A stretch of DNA of 64,000 nucleotides from Yuukianura sp. NJ FZ-2021. Its lineage: Eukaryota. The DNA lies in assembly GCA_046563655.1 (NCBI GenBank), contig CM102285.1, positions 6,882,001-6,946,000 on the forward strand. The letters run 5' to 3'. Under the pieces are notes generated by a model. The model did no database searches. It was given only the letters and a program-made list of their open reading frames with translations, and was not told where the DNA came from. Made by a program: the position numbers and the translations under genes. Positions 37,563-49,950 of the stretch are shown here, piece by piece. Every line of letters begins with the position of its first letter. The stretch's first letter is position 1.

Positions 37563-39206
37563 GATTAAACGTATTTACTAAAAATATTACGGAGAACGGT
37601 AAATTAAACTATAAATTAAACACCTCAATGAAATATAGAGTTTAAGAATTGCCAATTTAACAAAGATCAAACAAAATTTGAAGGTCGAGGTTGAATAGTG
37701 TAATATGATTTGTTTAAATTCAAGATGATAACAACTTCCTAGACATGATTGATAGTAATAAACAACTTACTAAACAACCTGCAACTGCATTGTCCATGTT
37801 GCCATGACAATATATTAGAAAGCATAGCGTCAATCAAACAGTTTCAAAATAATGTTCAAAAACCGTTTTTATGGAATTGAAGCTCTAAAACGTCGCTAAA
37901 AATTTTCAGTGCGAATGTGAGATGCATGAGTTTGATGCATTGCATGAATTTGGTGCATGAGTTGCACCAAAATTGTTTTAGCAATTTTAATTGAACCAAA
38001 ATCATGTCATAGTTTTGAGGACCAAAATATCTTCACTGAATTGATGTTGTTAATTTGTTGTGCACAAAGTGCACAAAATTTAAAGTTTTGAAGAAGATGT
38101 CGAATATAGTTCTTGATTCATGTTCTTAATTTGTTGAGGAAGATTCACATAATGTATTGTCGATGTAGTCATGGCAATGCTCAAGGTAGTTCTCAAACCT
38201 GCACAAACTTTCAATTGTGTACATCATGCACAATATTGTACGTTGTGGGGTAGGGGTCGAATATCGTTTCTTGAAAATCAGAATAAAAAATTTCTTGTGA
38301 ATGCAAGTTTGAACCCTCCCATTCGCTGCTTACATATTACGAATTTAAGCCGCCACAAAACATAAGAACTTCGCGCTGGTGTAAATTTATTACAAAATTA
38401 ATATAGTAGCGTATAATGTCATGACGAATTGTTGGATTGTGATAGTCGACAATAAATTGTCCATGGGAATAGTAACTTACTATTTGGAGTATATAACCTA
38501 TACGTAACTGCATATATTAAACTTAAAATCCAAATTAATTACTTTAGTTTAGCACGAAAATCTTATCAACTTCTGTTCCTTTTCATAATTCAACCTTTAG
38601 TTTATGCAGCTCTATAATCGGTGCTTCTATTGGTTATCTTTATCCGAACTTTTGTGTCTAACATACTTATTGCAACTGGACGCACTTGAACTTTAAGGAA
38701 AGTAATAGCTTCTTGAAGATAAAACTTTAATAGATTTATTCCGAACGCTTCGCCTACTCTTCGATAATCTCTTTATGCATGAAGCCTAAGATTTGCAGGT
38801 GTGAAAGGATATTGACGTAACGTTGATGCCCGATAAGTGTACGGGAATTAGCGGGAGACTTCTAGTAAAATAAGTTATAATGTAGTGAATCACTAGGCAA
38901 ATAAAAACGTCAAAAATTGTGATGCGCGTTGAATTAAATTAAAGCCCACTAAACATGAAATAACCTCTATACACCTGATTGCAAACATATCAGTGAGTAG
39001 GTACACAAATCAAAAATTTTGAAACCGAAATTATGAAACTTAAATGAGACTGTCACAATGGTAACGTGATACGGTAAAACTATGGGTGCCACAAACGTGC
39101 GTAAAGAAGTGGAAAGCTTAATGCGTGAAGTCTTAAACTTATCCTCCAAGCACAGACTTCGACAAATTCCACCTCAAGTTGAGATTGTCGACACATAACC
39201 CAAAGG

Positions 39207-39567
39207 GGAGCACGCCATTTCATCGAATGAATTACAACGTGGTGAATTTCGCCGAAGGAAATTCCCCGAAACCATTCACAACGAAAGTTCAATTACCCCG
39301 AAGCGAATTACAACGAAAGTGCAATTACAACAAAAGTCAATGGATTCCGGCTAGCTTACGATGGGTTACCGCGCCGAAGGTGCGGCGACAGGTTTGGTAA
39401 AGCACGTAATAAGTGATTACGTCTGTAGGTTCTAATTGTCCAAGCCGGGCTATGGTTACACCGTTGGAGTTAGTACTTCGTTGTACTTTCGTTGTAATTG
39501 ATTTCGGGGAAATTCCTGCGATGAAATTCACTTCGTTGTCATTCACTCGATGAAATGACATCGAACC
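39207..39567. mobile_element. Degenerate MITE/foldback element
   Basis: Imperfect ~85-bp inverted arms (CATTTCATCGAATGAATTACAACG / CGTTGTCATTCACTCGATGAAATG). Confidence 0.6.
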
Positions 39568-40431
39568 AAGCCAAAGCCGGGGGATTACTGGGCCCTGGCG
39601 AGGTGTAAATGAATTGAATGAAGTGCATCTCAGGGAGAATTGCTTCCAAAAATTTTCTTCTAATAATGTTAAAGGATAGGTTTTTTAGAAGAAATTCATA
39701 TATATGATTTTATCATATATTTGATCTTAGAGATTTCTTTACAATCATTTGGTCAATTTCTGATGGAACTCCTTGTACGTAGTAGAACTCCACTTCCAAT
39801 AAACGCAGTAGCTCTGCAGTGCAAAGTCTGCACCGGCAGATACAGGATTTGTCTCCAACACTAATAACGATACAGAAAAAATCAAACTCATTTTAACGTA
39901 TATATATCCGTTAATAGTGTGATCCGTAAAATACGTGTTGGGATCTGAAATTAGGATATTTTTTGTAAGTTTTAGCTTGTGCCGCGGTAAATTCAAAATA
40001 GCGTTTTTGTGTTATTTTTAGGTTTTTGCTTGAAAGAAAAAGAGGAGAGTCGGAGTTTAGACCAGTTAAGATAGGACCAGTTCGAAAAAAGTGTAAAAAG
40101 GGTTAACTGGTCAATTAAGTAAAATAAATCGAACAACGAAGGATTCAGTCATCTAGCGGTTAGCAGTCGACTGTCCTTACGATAGGCAATTGCAGATTCT
40201 GAACAACTCATATATTCCCGGCCCCACTTTCTCGCCCTCCCCCCCCCCTCTCCAGGGGGAGTGGGTGTGTTTCCCCCACTTTCCCGCCACCCCCCCCAGG
40301 GGGGAATAGGAGTTTTCTCCTAATTTTCCCGCCCCCACAGGGGTAGTGGGGGTGTTCCCCCCAATTTCCCTCCTCCAGCTTGAGTGGGGTGTTCCTCACA
40401 CTTCCTTAGATGCGGTGGAATAAATATAGAT

Positions 40432-40890
40432 AATACTTAGATGCGGTCGGATGAAGCCTGACAAGAGTTTTCTTTGAGTGTAAGTTTTAATGTGAAGCTT
40501 AAATATATTCGTGGTGTTAAATATTACCAAGGTTGACCAACACAAATCAAAAATGCATTGTTAAGAGCAGTAGTATATACAACGGTCTTAAACGACTGTT
40601 TGTTGACTGTTGAATGTAGCTGTTGAAATTCTACAACGATGTTTTTAATTCAGAAACTTAGGTCAAATATCAGGATTATTATTATTAGAATTAAAAACGC
40701 TGGTAAAATGTTTTTTTAAACACTAACATTCTAACCGCAACATATTGAGTTTGGTAACATGGTACCAAAAATTAATACTTAGATGCGGTCAAATGAGGCA
40801 TGACAAGAGTTTTCTTTGAGTGCAAATTTTAAGGTAAAGCTTAAATATATTCGTTGTTAAATAATACCGTTAAATAATACCAAGGTTGAC
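40432..40890. repeat. Diverged ~105-bp direct duplication
   Basis: AATACTTAGATGCGGTC...TACCAAGGTTGAC at ~40432-40538 and ~40774-40890. Confidence 0.65.
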
Positions 40891-41087
40891 GTAGAATTTC
40901 AACGCAACGTATCCTTAGTTTGGTTACTTTTGCGACTTCAGTTAAACCATACATTATCAGTTATTCAGTTATACAACAAATGGGTCGTTGAATTTTGACT
41001 GAAACTTGTTGTAGATTTTAAAGCCATTGTGAACAACGAGAAGCTTCCTGGAGTACTGCAACCTATTTATGAGTATTCGATTCTTAC

Positions 41088-41330
41088 CAAATAAACCTGT
41101 TGTAAACCGCCCATAAAGATAATAGCGAAGAAATAGGTCAGTTTTTTAAAGCGTACTGAACGCCCCCCCCCCTCGCAGATGGCGTGTTCCACCCACTCTT
41201 CCGCCCCACAAGGGGCGGAAGAGTGGGGGTGTTTTCCTCCCTTTCCCGGTCTCCATGGGGAGTGGGGTGTGTTCCCCCCATTTTCCCGCCCCCAGGGGGA
41301 ATGGGGGTGTTCCCCCCACTTTCCCGGAAA
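41088..41330 (-). mobile_element. Family B HINE end fragment with G/C-tract repeats
   Basis: AATAAACC(T/G)GTTGTAAACCGC.CATA motif shared with 42066 and 44432. Confidence 0.55.
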
Positions 41331-42045
41331 GCGTTTCCACTGGAAACGGAACTGAACGCAACTTGAACATTCTTACCGTCAACACCAAATACTACGACAG
41401 TAAACTATCATAGGTATCGATGGAATTCAGAATGTCTTCGTTGACCACAGAGAGAAGCTCCTTGAATTTCATGGCTTAAGCTGATATCAGTGTGGACATG
41501 GCAGCAGGACTTGCTGCTACTGATTTTGCAGCGTACGAGAGAAACTTGCCCCTTGATGAAAGATGAATTCATTCGTAATTAATTACCAATTTTCGATTTT
41601 TTCGATTATGTCTTTCCTCAAGGAAAATTTGTCCAAGTTCGATATTTTCCGATCTTACTGCAAATGATACTAAACTTGGAGTTGTCAAGGGTGGGTTTTT
41701 AAAAAGAAAGAACACTACATGAATAAAAGCTAGTGCCACATATGGATAAGAAGAGAAGGAAGCAGTTCGTAATGCAACAAATGATACCAGAAAAAATTCC
41801 TTGCACCATAGGTCTCGATTTTCGACGCTATGATGCTGTAGGTTTTGATTCTCTGCGCTTCGATTTCCTGCGCTATGATACTCTGCAATACGAATTGCTG
41901 CGTCAGAATTTTCAGCGATATGACTTGGTCTTTGCAACGTTGCATCACAGTTTGTGCTCGTTTCATGAAATCGAATCTTTTAGCTTGAATTCTTTTCCCA
42001 CGTTATTGATTGGAAAAATCTTCATTATACTGTACAGTAGGTTAA

Positions 42046-43047
42046 AATAATAGCTTCGCTATTGTAATAAACCGGTTGTAAACCGCGCATAACGAAATAG
42101 CTCAAGCAGATAGACGGTTTCCCCCCAGGTGGGGAATGTGGAGTTACCCCCGGGGAGTGGGGTTGGGTTCTCCCTAGTTTACTTCCGCTCCCAGGGAGAG
42201 TGGGGGTGAGTTGCCCCACTTCTCGGCCCATCCCCCCACGAAGTGGGGGTGTGTTCCCCCACTTTTTCGCTCCGCACCCCAGGGGGCGTGGGGGAGTGTT
42301 CCCCTACTTTCCCACGTCCATCCACCGGAGAAGCGGGAGTGTGTTCCCCGGGGAAAAGTGGTGAGTTCCCCGGGGGGAGAGAGGGTGGGTTCCCCGGGGG
42401 AAAGGTGGTGAGTTCCCCGGGGGGAGAGAGGGTGGGTACCCCGGGGGAAGAGAGGGTGGGTTCCCCGGAGCAAGAGAGGGTGGGTTCCCCGGGGGAACAG
42501 GGTGTGGGTTCCCCGGAAAAGAGTCGGTGGGTTTCCCGGATGAGAGGGGTGTGTTCCCGGGAGACTGGGTTCCCCGGGGGAAGGGCGTGGGTTCCCCCGG
42601 GGTGTGGGGAGGGTTTCCCCGGGGGTGTGAGTGTGGGTCACCCGAGGGAGTGAAGATGAGTCACCAGGCACTGTGGGTTGGGTTGCTCCCCGCTTCCCAG
42701 CTAGCAGGACGTTAATATGAAAAAAAAAAGTTGACCTTTGACCCGGCAGCAGGTCACTTGGGGTCATGTGGTATAAACAAAAGTTGTTGCTCTCGACGTG
42801 ATGAACAACTTTTGTAGAGGTCGTTTTCCGGGTTACCGGGGAAGAAACCGGTTGACCTTGACCTTTGACCCGGAAAAAGATCATAGACCCCAAAAACAAA
42901 AATAAACTTGATCTGGAGGCCGTCATGGGATGCCCATTGGTGAAAACCCGGGTAGAATCGGTCCAGTAGTTTCCGAGATAATTGAGTTGGACAGACGGAC
43001 GGACAGACAGACATGAATCAGATTATTAAATAGCTTTCGCTATTTAG
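42046..43047 (-). mobile_element. Family B HINE/DINE-1-like element with G-rich central tandem repeats
   Basis: TAGC-hairpins at both ends (~42049, 43027), GTCY microsatellite ~42990-43012, shared core, GGGTTCCCCGGGGG-type repeats 42120-42650. Confidence 0.8.
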
Positions 43048-43263
43048 TAATTGGTTGGCAAGCTTAATGTGAATTGTAGTTTATTCGTTTGATTATTTTT
43101 CATCTGAAAGTTGTTACGATTTTGCTGAAGCGCACGATATCTGGCATTGACAGTTCTAAATTAAAAAGTAAATCTCTAAAAATATATCCAAGGCATAATT
43201 AATTATGTGGAAGAGATATATTTCTCTATATAACAGCTCTACCCTGCCTGGAGCCATTTGATA

Positions 43264-43381
43264 CAGGGTGGCCACGCAAAGTCGTTACCCTCTTTTCTTT
43301 TCCTCTCACTCTTCTCATTTAAAACTCATGTGTGAGTTTCTCTTTCTTTCACTTGGGTAAGGACTTTGCGGGGCCACACTG
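43264..43381. mobile_element. Tc1/mariner-type MITE
   Basis: TA-flanked; TIR CAGGGTGGCCACGCAAAGTCGTTACCC versus GGGTAAGGACTTTGCGGGGCCACACTG. Confidence 0.75.
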
Positions 43382-44421
43382 TATATTGGATGTGGGTAAT
43401 AAAGACTTATGCTCTGCCCAATCGCCAATTTCCAGATTGATTAGTTTTCTGCAGATTTTCAAGTTTTAATGGAAGTCGTTTACAGTAGTTACCGAGCAAG
43501 GCTTTGTTACTGACGAGGAAGCAAGAAAGAAGACGGACATGTATTTTATAGTTTCTTCCGAAGGAGCAATGCTTTGCGTATGTGGAATGGAAAAGGGTAT
43601 GCGTGCGTGCATGTCCGTGGCTTCATTCTGAGTTGGTTTGAATGGGGAAAGAAACAAACCCCAGAACAGAAACTGATCTTGACTTTGAAGCTGCTCCAAA
43701 GTGAAAGCTCGGACGAGACTGGTTGTATCAACACACTTTCTCTTTAACCTACTGAAACCACTGTTACATTTTTGTGGTTCAAATAGTAGCGCTAGTAGGT
43801 TAGTTGCAGTTACTTGTTGTCATTAATTTAAAGCAGTGCTAACAGAAGCGGAGTCTAATTATGCATTACATTTGCCGGCTTCCGGTACTGTGGGTAAGTT
43901 TAGCATTATTATACTGGTATTTACATCTTTGAAAACTCAAAGCAAATAATATTTCATACTTCCTTAACCTTTTACCGGAGGCAGATTATGGTCACCCCTG
44001 GACCATATGAAGTGCATCTGCGAAGACAGATTGAAAATCGGTACAGTGGTTTTAGAGTTACCGACCAAACCATGAGCGAAGCCATTTTGTTACGTCTAAC
44101 GTCTGAATATGTGGAAGCGCAGGTCAAAGGTCTAGGTCACATACGCCAAAGTTCTTTCGACGAGTTAAATAACTTTTGAAGGAGTCATTTTTTCGATTTC
44201 GAGAAATGTAATAAACCGAGACCTTTGACCCGAAAGTTGTCAACTGCCGGTCATTCTGGGGACTGATCGTTCACCCCTGCACTATGTAAAGTGCATGTAC
44301 GATGGCAGATTGGAAATCGGTTCAGTGGATGAAGAGTTATAGACGCGTGTAGATAGACTCACGGACGGATGGACGGACGGGCGAACAGTCAGACACGAGC
44401 GAAAAATAAAGTACCGAATAA

Positions 44422-45260
44422 ATTCGCTACTTAATAAACCGGTTGTAAACCGCGCATACTGATAATAGCTCAGGAATGAGGGGCTTCCCCCAAGGGGGTG
44501 TTCCCCCCACTTTCCCGCCCCCCCCGGGGGAGTGGGGTGTGTTCCCCCGCTTTTTTGCTCCGCACCCCAGGATGTGAGGGTGGGTTGCTCCGCACCCCAG
44601 GATGTGACGGTGGGTCACCCGGGGGTGTGAGGGTTGGTCACCCGGGGGTGACGGTGGGTTACCCGGTGCTGTGGGGTGGGTTCCTACCAGCTTCCCAGCT
44701 AGTAGGACGTTAATATGAAAAAGAGAGAGGTGGGATCTGGATGAAGATGAAGCAACAACAGAAAGAATGGATGGAAGAAATGGACACTTGACACAGTGCA
44801 TGAGTGTGTATATGTCAACTGCGTAATAGATTTTTTGCTAAGCAGAGAATCAAGTCCCATGCCAATTGCCTTTCCAGTCTCACAAGCAGAGTTTTTTGTA
44901 CCCACACTTGCATTACAAATGACCTTTGAAATCAATTTTGACCCGGAAGGAGGTGACCTAGGGTCACACATTAAACACAAAAGTTGTTTCCCTTGATGAG
45001 ATGAACAACTTTTGTAGAGGTCATTTTCCCGGTTACCGGGGATAAAACTGGTTGACCTTGACCTTTGACCCGGAAGGAGTTGACACACGGGGGTCATATT
45101 CAATAGTGACCAAGTCCGGGTCATGACATGGTCACCGGTGAAAACCGGAATCAAATCGGACCAGTAGTTTCCGAGGTACGTGATCCGGACGGACGGACGG
45201 ACGGACGGACGGACGGACAGACAGACAAACCACTTTTATCATAATAGCTTCGCTATTATA
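44422..45260 (-). mobile_element. Family B HINE/DINE-1-like element
   Basis: Hairpin ATAATAGC-TTC-GCTATTAT at 45241, (GGAC)n/(AGAC)n ~45187-45226, shared core, G-rich repeats. Confidence 0.8.
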
Positions 45261-46419
45261 ATAATGTTCAGCGAAAACAGCACGGCACCAAATGCACAAA
45301 TTTTCACCTGACGTTGAGACTAATTTAATGTTACGGACATGGACATACGGAGAGACACGGTTAGATTTTGCTATACTGCCTGGCCATTGTTAATGGATGT
45401 AAAAAAAATTAAAACCTTAATTTTGCTGTAGAAATCCAACCTTTAAAGGTTGGAAACCTTTTGAAGGATCGCATTGTTCAAATTGAACAATTAATCCAAA
45501 CAATTCGTAATTATTGACATAACTAGTTTCGATAATTACGTAGCTTTTTACGTACATTACACTACAGAAAGAGCAACAAACAAGCAAGTCAGTTTTTATT
45601 CGTTGGTGTTTTACTTAGCACAAATTTATTAGTTGAATTTCAAATTTTTTCCAACGTTTTATTATTTCTTGTCACGAGAAAACTGTCTGGAACTTTTTTT
45701 GGCAAAAGAAAGGAAGAAGCTTCGTAGGCCTTTCTGTTCAAAATCGCAAATGAGTAAGAACAAAATCTTCTTTTACTTTTTGTATTGATTGATTTGTTTG
45801 TTTCAATTCAAACCGTGACCCTTTTTTAAACCGAGAAAAGAAAAATAACCAGGGATTTCCAGGATGTTTGAAACGTGTTCTGTCTAGCAGAATAAAAAAA
45901 AATTGAATACGCTTAGCATTTTTTTATGTTGAGAAAGAAAATAATTCACATATTCCGATTATTGTGAATTCGGGCCCAAAAACATATTCTTTTCATGTCA
46001 CAAAATATTTTCTATGCAATAAGAGTGTACGGTGAAATGGAGGTTTTTCCAATCGAGGTTTTTATTCCACTTCGTCATCTTTTTTCATTCACTTTTCAAA
46101 TTCACTTTTCGTTTCGGAAGACTGCAGGCAACCCTACAAAAATTATGAAAATTTTCTTTCGTATTATTTTTAATGGTTCCAAATCAAATACAAAATAGAA
46201 ACACAAAACGAAATTTCCTTCTTTCATGTGACCCATCAACAGAATAAAATAAGGTTAGAAAAAGCAAATGATGGATGACATCTCGGATTTTTTTGTACTT
46301 TTTTTTTTATTCCTTTCCACAGATTTTGAAAGACGTATGTTTATATAAAGGTTTCGTTTTTTTTTGTTTGATACAGGCTTGGCCAATTTCTCTTACATTT
46401 TGGGAAGCATTTGCTCAAA

Positions 46420-47031
46420 ATGAATTCAAAGCGTACACATGTTGACGCATACAAAACATCGAGTTTGGAAATGATAGCAATCCCTGGGACAGGAAGCCCG
46501 GACTTGTATCTTACGACTGATCCCGAAACGGAGTCTGCATCTGAAACATTTTTGCTTGAAGCGCGTCAGAATTTAACGTTTGATGATTACTGGCCACTGC
46601 GAGATCCATTGGGAGTGGTGATTCCAATTACAGTGATTTACGTCCTCATCCTCGTAACTGGTCTGTTGGGCAACATCGTCACTTGTATTGTCATAGTTAA
46701 ATCACGATACCTCCACACCACAACAAACTACTACCTCTTCAGTCTCGCAGTCTCTGACCTTGTCCTATTGCTCTCCGGACTTCCCCCTGAAATGCATTCT
46801 ATCTGGCGGAGATACCCAGACCCGTTTGGAGAGGCATTCTGCTTCCTGAGGGGCCTTGCTTCCGAAACATCGGCAAATGCAACGGTGCTGACTATTACGG
46901 CCTTCAGTATAGAGCGGTATCTCGCAATATGTCGGCCATTTCTTATCCAAAAATGGCAGAACAACACGTCTCGAGTTGTTCGACAAATTCTTTTCATTTG
47001 GGTTATCTCCACTATGTTGGCCATTCCACAG
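46420..47031 (+). CDS. Pyrokinin (PRXamide)/neuromedin U receptor-like GPCR, coding exon 1 (TM1-TM4)
   Basis: RDPLGVVIPITVIY, GN, TNYYLFSLAVSDL, ETSANATVLTITAFSIERYLAIC (pyrokinin-receptor-like); donor CAG|GTAAAT. Confidence 0.93.
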
Positions 47032-47139
47032 GTAAATACATTTCCCGTCGAGTTTGTTGGGCAGTCCGGTTGTGCAATTCAAAGTGTTATAACGTGTCAA
47101 TGTGTCAGTATTTAAAGAAATGTTCTTTTTCTAAATTAG

Positions 47140-47416
47140 GCTCTTCAGCTGGGATTGGTTCCGATGATGCCAGGCATGGGAGCCGAGGGCCTTATTTGCA
47201 CCGTGAAGAATATTTTTATCGAGCACTCCTTTGAAATTTCGACTTTCGTCTTCTTTGTCGGACCCATGATCCTTATCACAGCCTTATACTGTCTCATAGG
47301 GCTAACACTTCATCGTTCAACATATGCTACCACCAGCTCCTCCAAGCTTCGTTTGCGAAAGTCGCTAAGTGGACAAAAGCGAGAGGCAGGACAACGCAGA
47401 GTCCTTAAAATGCTTG
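47140..47416 (+). CDS. Pyrokinin receptor-like GPCR, exon 2 (ECL2, TM5, ICL3)
   Basis: TTAG| acceptor; FEISTFVFFVGPMILITALYCLIG...RRVLKML; donor G|GTAAGT. Confidence 0.92.
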
Positions 47417-49892
47417 GTAAGTACTCAGTAATTGTAAGATCAACAGTTCGTAAACCGGAGTATACGTACATATACTGTAGTACGGAGTAGAGCCGTACTA
47501 CAGCGGCTCATGCTTTCATTATTTTGAACCATAATGCAATATTTATGAATGGTTGGTGGAAAATTGACTTTTGCACTGGAAGAAACTGAACCAAAGAGAG
47601 CGAGTAATAAACTTCTCCCGGTTCCCCTGGTGTTCCCTAGTGAATATATATGCCGGAATTGTTGAGCCATTTTGGACGCAATGCCGCTTGACAAACGGAA
47701 GGACAGATCTGGTTGATGTACAAAGCAGCTTCCGATCCTTAGTTATATTAGTTTCTGCAGTAACGTACATAGTCAGTAGATAAACTCAGCGCATGTTTAA
47801 CATCCTGTGGCCCCAACTTTTATTAGAAGGTCATCATGAATTTTCGTCAAAAATTCATTCGTTTTAAAATTTGTAAAAAATTACAATTGTACCAGAGTGA
47901 AGATTGCGATTTGCAGTTGAAATACAAACTTTCGAAAAAGAATTCTGGCGTGCAATTTCGAGAACCCATCATTTCGCGAAGAGGGACGCGGAATTTTGTC
48001 GTTACCGTACGGTCTTGGAATCTAGATAGCTTTCAAGCTAACCTCTAGTTTGGAGCGATTCTTTCAGAATTGGTAATATTTTAAACCATTCGGATCGATT
48101 AAAAGGTGTCATGATATTAGTCTTATTATTTTTCACGTCTAGGAATTTTCTCAAAAGATAACACTGTTAGCAATCATGCGCGTCAGTCATGTTCGTCTTT
48201 GGAACGATGCAGTTTATAAAATATGGCAGTTCTTAGAATTCAATCAACACACAAGCGCGCTCCCTCTTATAATGGTAGTCTTGATTTATGCTATGGATTC
48301 TGTGTACCGCGTATGTTTAAAAAAATCGGTATTTAAAGGTTAGAATGTATAATAAAGGTTTATTCGAATACCACCAGGACAACTTATAAACTTTGGGCTC
48401 TACCATTTCTAAATTGTTGTTAAGTAATGCTGCATTTGTGCCACAACGTATCTTACAGTTTCTGCGTGTCGTTTTGCAGTAAAATGTCCATAACTAGAGT
48501 ACTACGCGTCCACAAGTGTACTTGTTCCTAAAGGCTACCTGTCCATTGATGATCATCTCTTAGTAACCTTCCATCCGTCAACGTCACGCGTCACCGTCAG
48601 TTATTGATCGTTTCACGCGTGGTCGTGCATTAGTTTCCGCAAATTCATTTTCTTAGTTATTGTAATGTATTATATTAATAATTTTTTTTGTGGTTTGTAA
48701 GTGAAAAATGTAACGGAAATGGAAAATCATGCAATTGAGACTAAAATCCAAGTTTAACTTGCTCTATGAAGTTTCAAAACTGAGGAAGTATTCTGATCAG
48801 CTTAATCCAATTTTTGACTTTTTCGTTTGAAAAGAAAGTTGGAGGTGTCGCCAAGGCGTTTATCATTTTCATTATACACTTTTCAAAAGATTATGATTAA
48901 TTTTAACCGACGAGTCTCAAACTTCACGCGTGGAGATACTATAACATTTGAATTTGTCGGTTAGTTCATACATTTTCGCCCATCTTAGACCGTTAGTTCA
49001 AGATGTCGGGTTAACTTTTAAAATGGTTTAAAGATGCTCTAAAAGTTTGATTAAGATGCTATATTTAACCTCTTATGACACATATCATATTGTGTGAGAA
49101 AAGGTTAGTTAAAAATGATTAAAAAAGTTTTCAGGTTGAACAAGACACACAAACAAGTTCAATCTCCTACACTTTCTCATCAGAAGTAGCAAAGTAGTTC
49201 CTCCATGTATAATTTTCACAGGGCGGATAACAAAGATACATCTTTCTATTAGAACCTTCACGTCTTTAAAAACTTTTAAAAACTTTAAAACCTTATTAAA
49301 TTCCCTCTGTGACAAAACTTTAAGATAACTTTTTTTGGAACTTTTTGCAGTCAAATGTAATGAAAACCCCAATCTTCGAAACAGAAAACAACATTTTGCG
49401 TTAATATTTGTATGTTTAGCTTATTCTTTTAGCAAAATATATATTCTCTCAACTTTGTACACAGACAATACCTTGTATTTTTTACCAGCTTTATATCTGC
49501 TAGCATGTATATGCATTCCGTAACACTATTTTGATACCCATTAAAAAACATTTTAGGCTTAGAAACAGCCAGACAGGTTCTTTGACTATGCCCAATATAG
49601 CGAAATACAGCCGGAGTGCCTACACTGAAGATTTCAATAGCGGTTGTTGTTCATCCTTACCTTCACCAACTTAAGTGACGGCGTATTTAGGTACTGTTTC
49701 AATCGAATTGTGTTAATCATAGAAGCAGGTATACGCAGGCTATTCAGAATTTTAGAACATTTTTTGAAACGTTTTACGGAAACTTTTACATCGTAAAACG
49801 CCTGTTTGGATCTTCTTTATCCGGCGTAGTTGTACATTTTAGGCCAGCAAGAAGAAAGCAATACTCTGATTTTGAAGCGTCCGTTCCGTTAC

Positions 49893-49950
49893 CTCACCCA
49901 TTTCCTATTATTCTGGATGCTTTCATCCAGAATAAAAGAAAATGGGTGAG
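49893..49950. repeat. Short near-perfect palindrome (27-bp arms)
   Basis: CTCACCCATTTCCTATTATTCTGGATG-CTTT-CATCCAGAATAAAAGAAAATGGGTGAG. Confidence 0.75.

Larger units (their letters stand above)
23901..38352 (-). mobile_element. Autonomous-type Helentron (endonuclease-bearing Helitron), decayed, 5' terminus missing
   Basis: 3' end (stem-loop + subTIR) matches HINE family A; 37860-38352 is homologous to the HINE interior; encodes Rep, PIF1 helicase and AP endonuclease. Confidence 0.9.

Noticed and set aside
42174..42926. 250-aa Pro/Gly-rich ORF and overlapping ORFs
   Set aside because: Produced by stop-poor G/C-rich repeats within a HINE
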